From Candidatus Iainarchaeum sp. (GTDB lineage: Archaea > Iainarchaeota > Iainarchaeia > Iainarchaeales > 0-14-0-20-34-12), in assembly GCA_030649345.1 (NCBI GenBank), contig JAUSKK010000046.1, forward strand, positions 1-32,000: 32,000 nt of DNA. Direction: 5' to 3'. Under the pieces are notes generated by a model. The model was given only the letters and a program-made list of their open reading frames with translations, was not told the DNA's origin and did not search any database. Positions 31,533-32,000 of the stretch are shown here, piece by piece. A program made the position numbers and the translations under genes. Position 1 is the first letter of the stretch; each line of letters opens with the position of its first letter.

Positions 31533-32000
31533 ATGAGTAAAGAAAAAATTGAAAAAAAAATAAAAGAAGAAATTGAATTAGATCCAGTTACAGCTGACAC
31601 GATTGCCAAAGAATTCAAAGAACACTCCGTAGCAGAATTCTTTAAGAAAAACAAACAAATGTTAGGCTTGTATGGAAAAGTCCGAACTTTAACTACCATT
31701 ATTCACGAATATGTTTCCAACTCTTTAGATGCTTGTGAAGAAGCCAATATTTTACCAGAAATCGAAGTCAAGCTGGATGAATTGGGTGAAGAATATTATG
31801 AAGCTACAGTCAAAGACAATGGACCTGGATTAACCGAAGAAACTGTCGGCAAAGCTTTTGGACAATTGTTGGCTGGAACCAAATTTCATCGAATGATGCA
31901 AGCCAGAGGACAACAAGGAATCGGAGCATCGGGTTGTACTATGCTTTCTCAGTCTACCACTGGAAAAGCTACCAAAGTCATTACAGGAAAAGGCGATGGA
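31533..32000 (+). CDS. top6B: DNA topoisomerase VI subunit B, N-terminal 156 codons (3' end cut by window edge)
   Basis: Hand translation from ATG 31533 (AGGAG SD at 31520-31524): ...[15 protein letters not shown]...[14 protein letters not shown]...VKDNGPGL...[12 protein letters not shown]. These are the Bergerat-fold N-box and G1/G2 boxes. The frame is open to nt 32000. Confidence 0.9.
   Translation, partial: MSKEKIEKKIKEEIELDPVTADTIAKEFKEHSVAEFFKKNKQMLGLYGKVRTLTTIIHEYVSNSLDACEEANILPEIEVKLDELGEEYYEATVKDNGPGLTEETVGKAFGQLLAGTKFHRMMQARGQQGIGASGCTMLSQSTTGKATKVITGKGDG

Noticed and set aside
31483-31542. 19-codon ORF ([19 protein letters not shown]) overlapping the top6B start, and the repeated ATTTAAAATT motifs upstream.
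   Set aside because: This is an AT-rich promoter region. The short frame overlaps the SD and start of top6B and has no support.
1-32000. CRISPR arrays, rRNA genes, transposases/IS elements, long direct repeats and recoded stop codons.
   Set aside because: None was seen on reading the intergenic spacers, the largest of which are ~230 nt. All recognised genes read through with the standard code. An exhaustive repeat search was not possible by eye.

Overview
Archaeal chromosomal segment. It is visibly AT-rich and very compact: many stop/start overlaps and convergent genes sharing their last codons. It uses Shine-Dalgarno sites (GGAGG / AGGTGA). Gene content is unambiguously archaeal (exosome, proteasome alpha, aIF1A/aIF2beta, RpoP, Pop5, Top6B, presenilin homologue). 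The compactness, patchy metabolism and large surface proteins suggest a small-genome DPANN-like lineage, but that is inference only.

I call 47 protein genes, two of them below the ORF-track size cut-off and one running off the 3' edge, plus 2 tRNAs, one with an intron.

The backbone is the classic minus-strand exosome/proteasome superoperon: pop5 ... psmA ... SBDS-rrp4-rrp41-rrp42-L37Ae-rpoP-pcc1-pfdB, followed by a DHH phosphoesterase. It is interrupted by a DUF433/DUF5615 toxin-antitoxin-like pair, a vapBC pair and small secreted or membrane proteins.

A second informational cluster is aIF2beta-DUF424-aIF1A ... rio1-KH(Dim2-like)-top6B. It is split by an NDT-like gene and a Nudix + swivel-histidine (PEP-utilizer) two-gene module.

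I saw no rRNA, CRISPR array, transposase, integrase or reverse transcriptase.

Most interesting observations:
- The TA-like pair is translationally coupled to SBDS and sits at the promoter-proximal end of the exosome operon.
- rpoP is unlisted and forces re-annotation of the pcc1 start.
- The Nudix/swivel-His module sits inside the aIF1A-rio1 neighbourhood.
- A tandem inverted-repeat operator lies in front of vapBC.
- A nested inverted repeat lies upstream of nadA.
- AAAATC/GATTTT palindromes occur beside both tRNA genes.
- A 926-aa lipoprotein has a low-complexity tail.

All family assignments come from reading motifs by eye; no database search was run.
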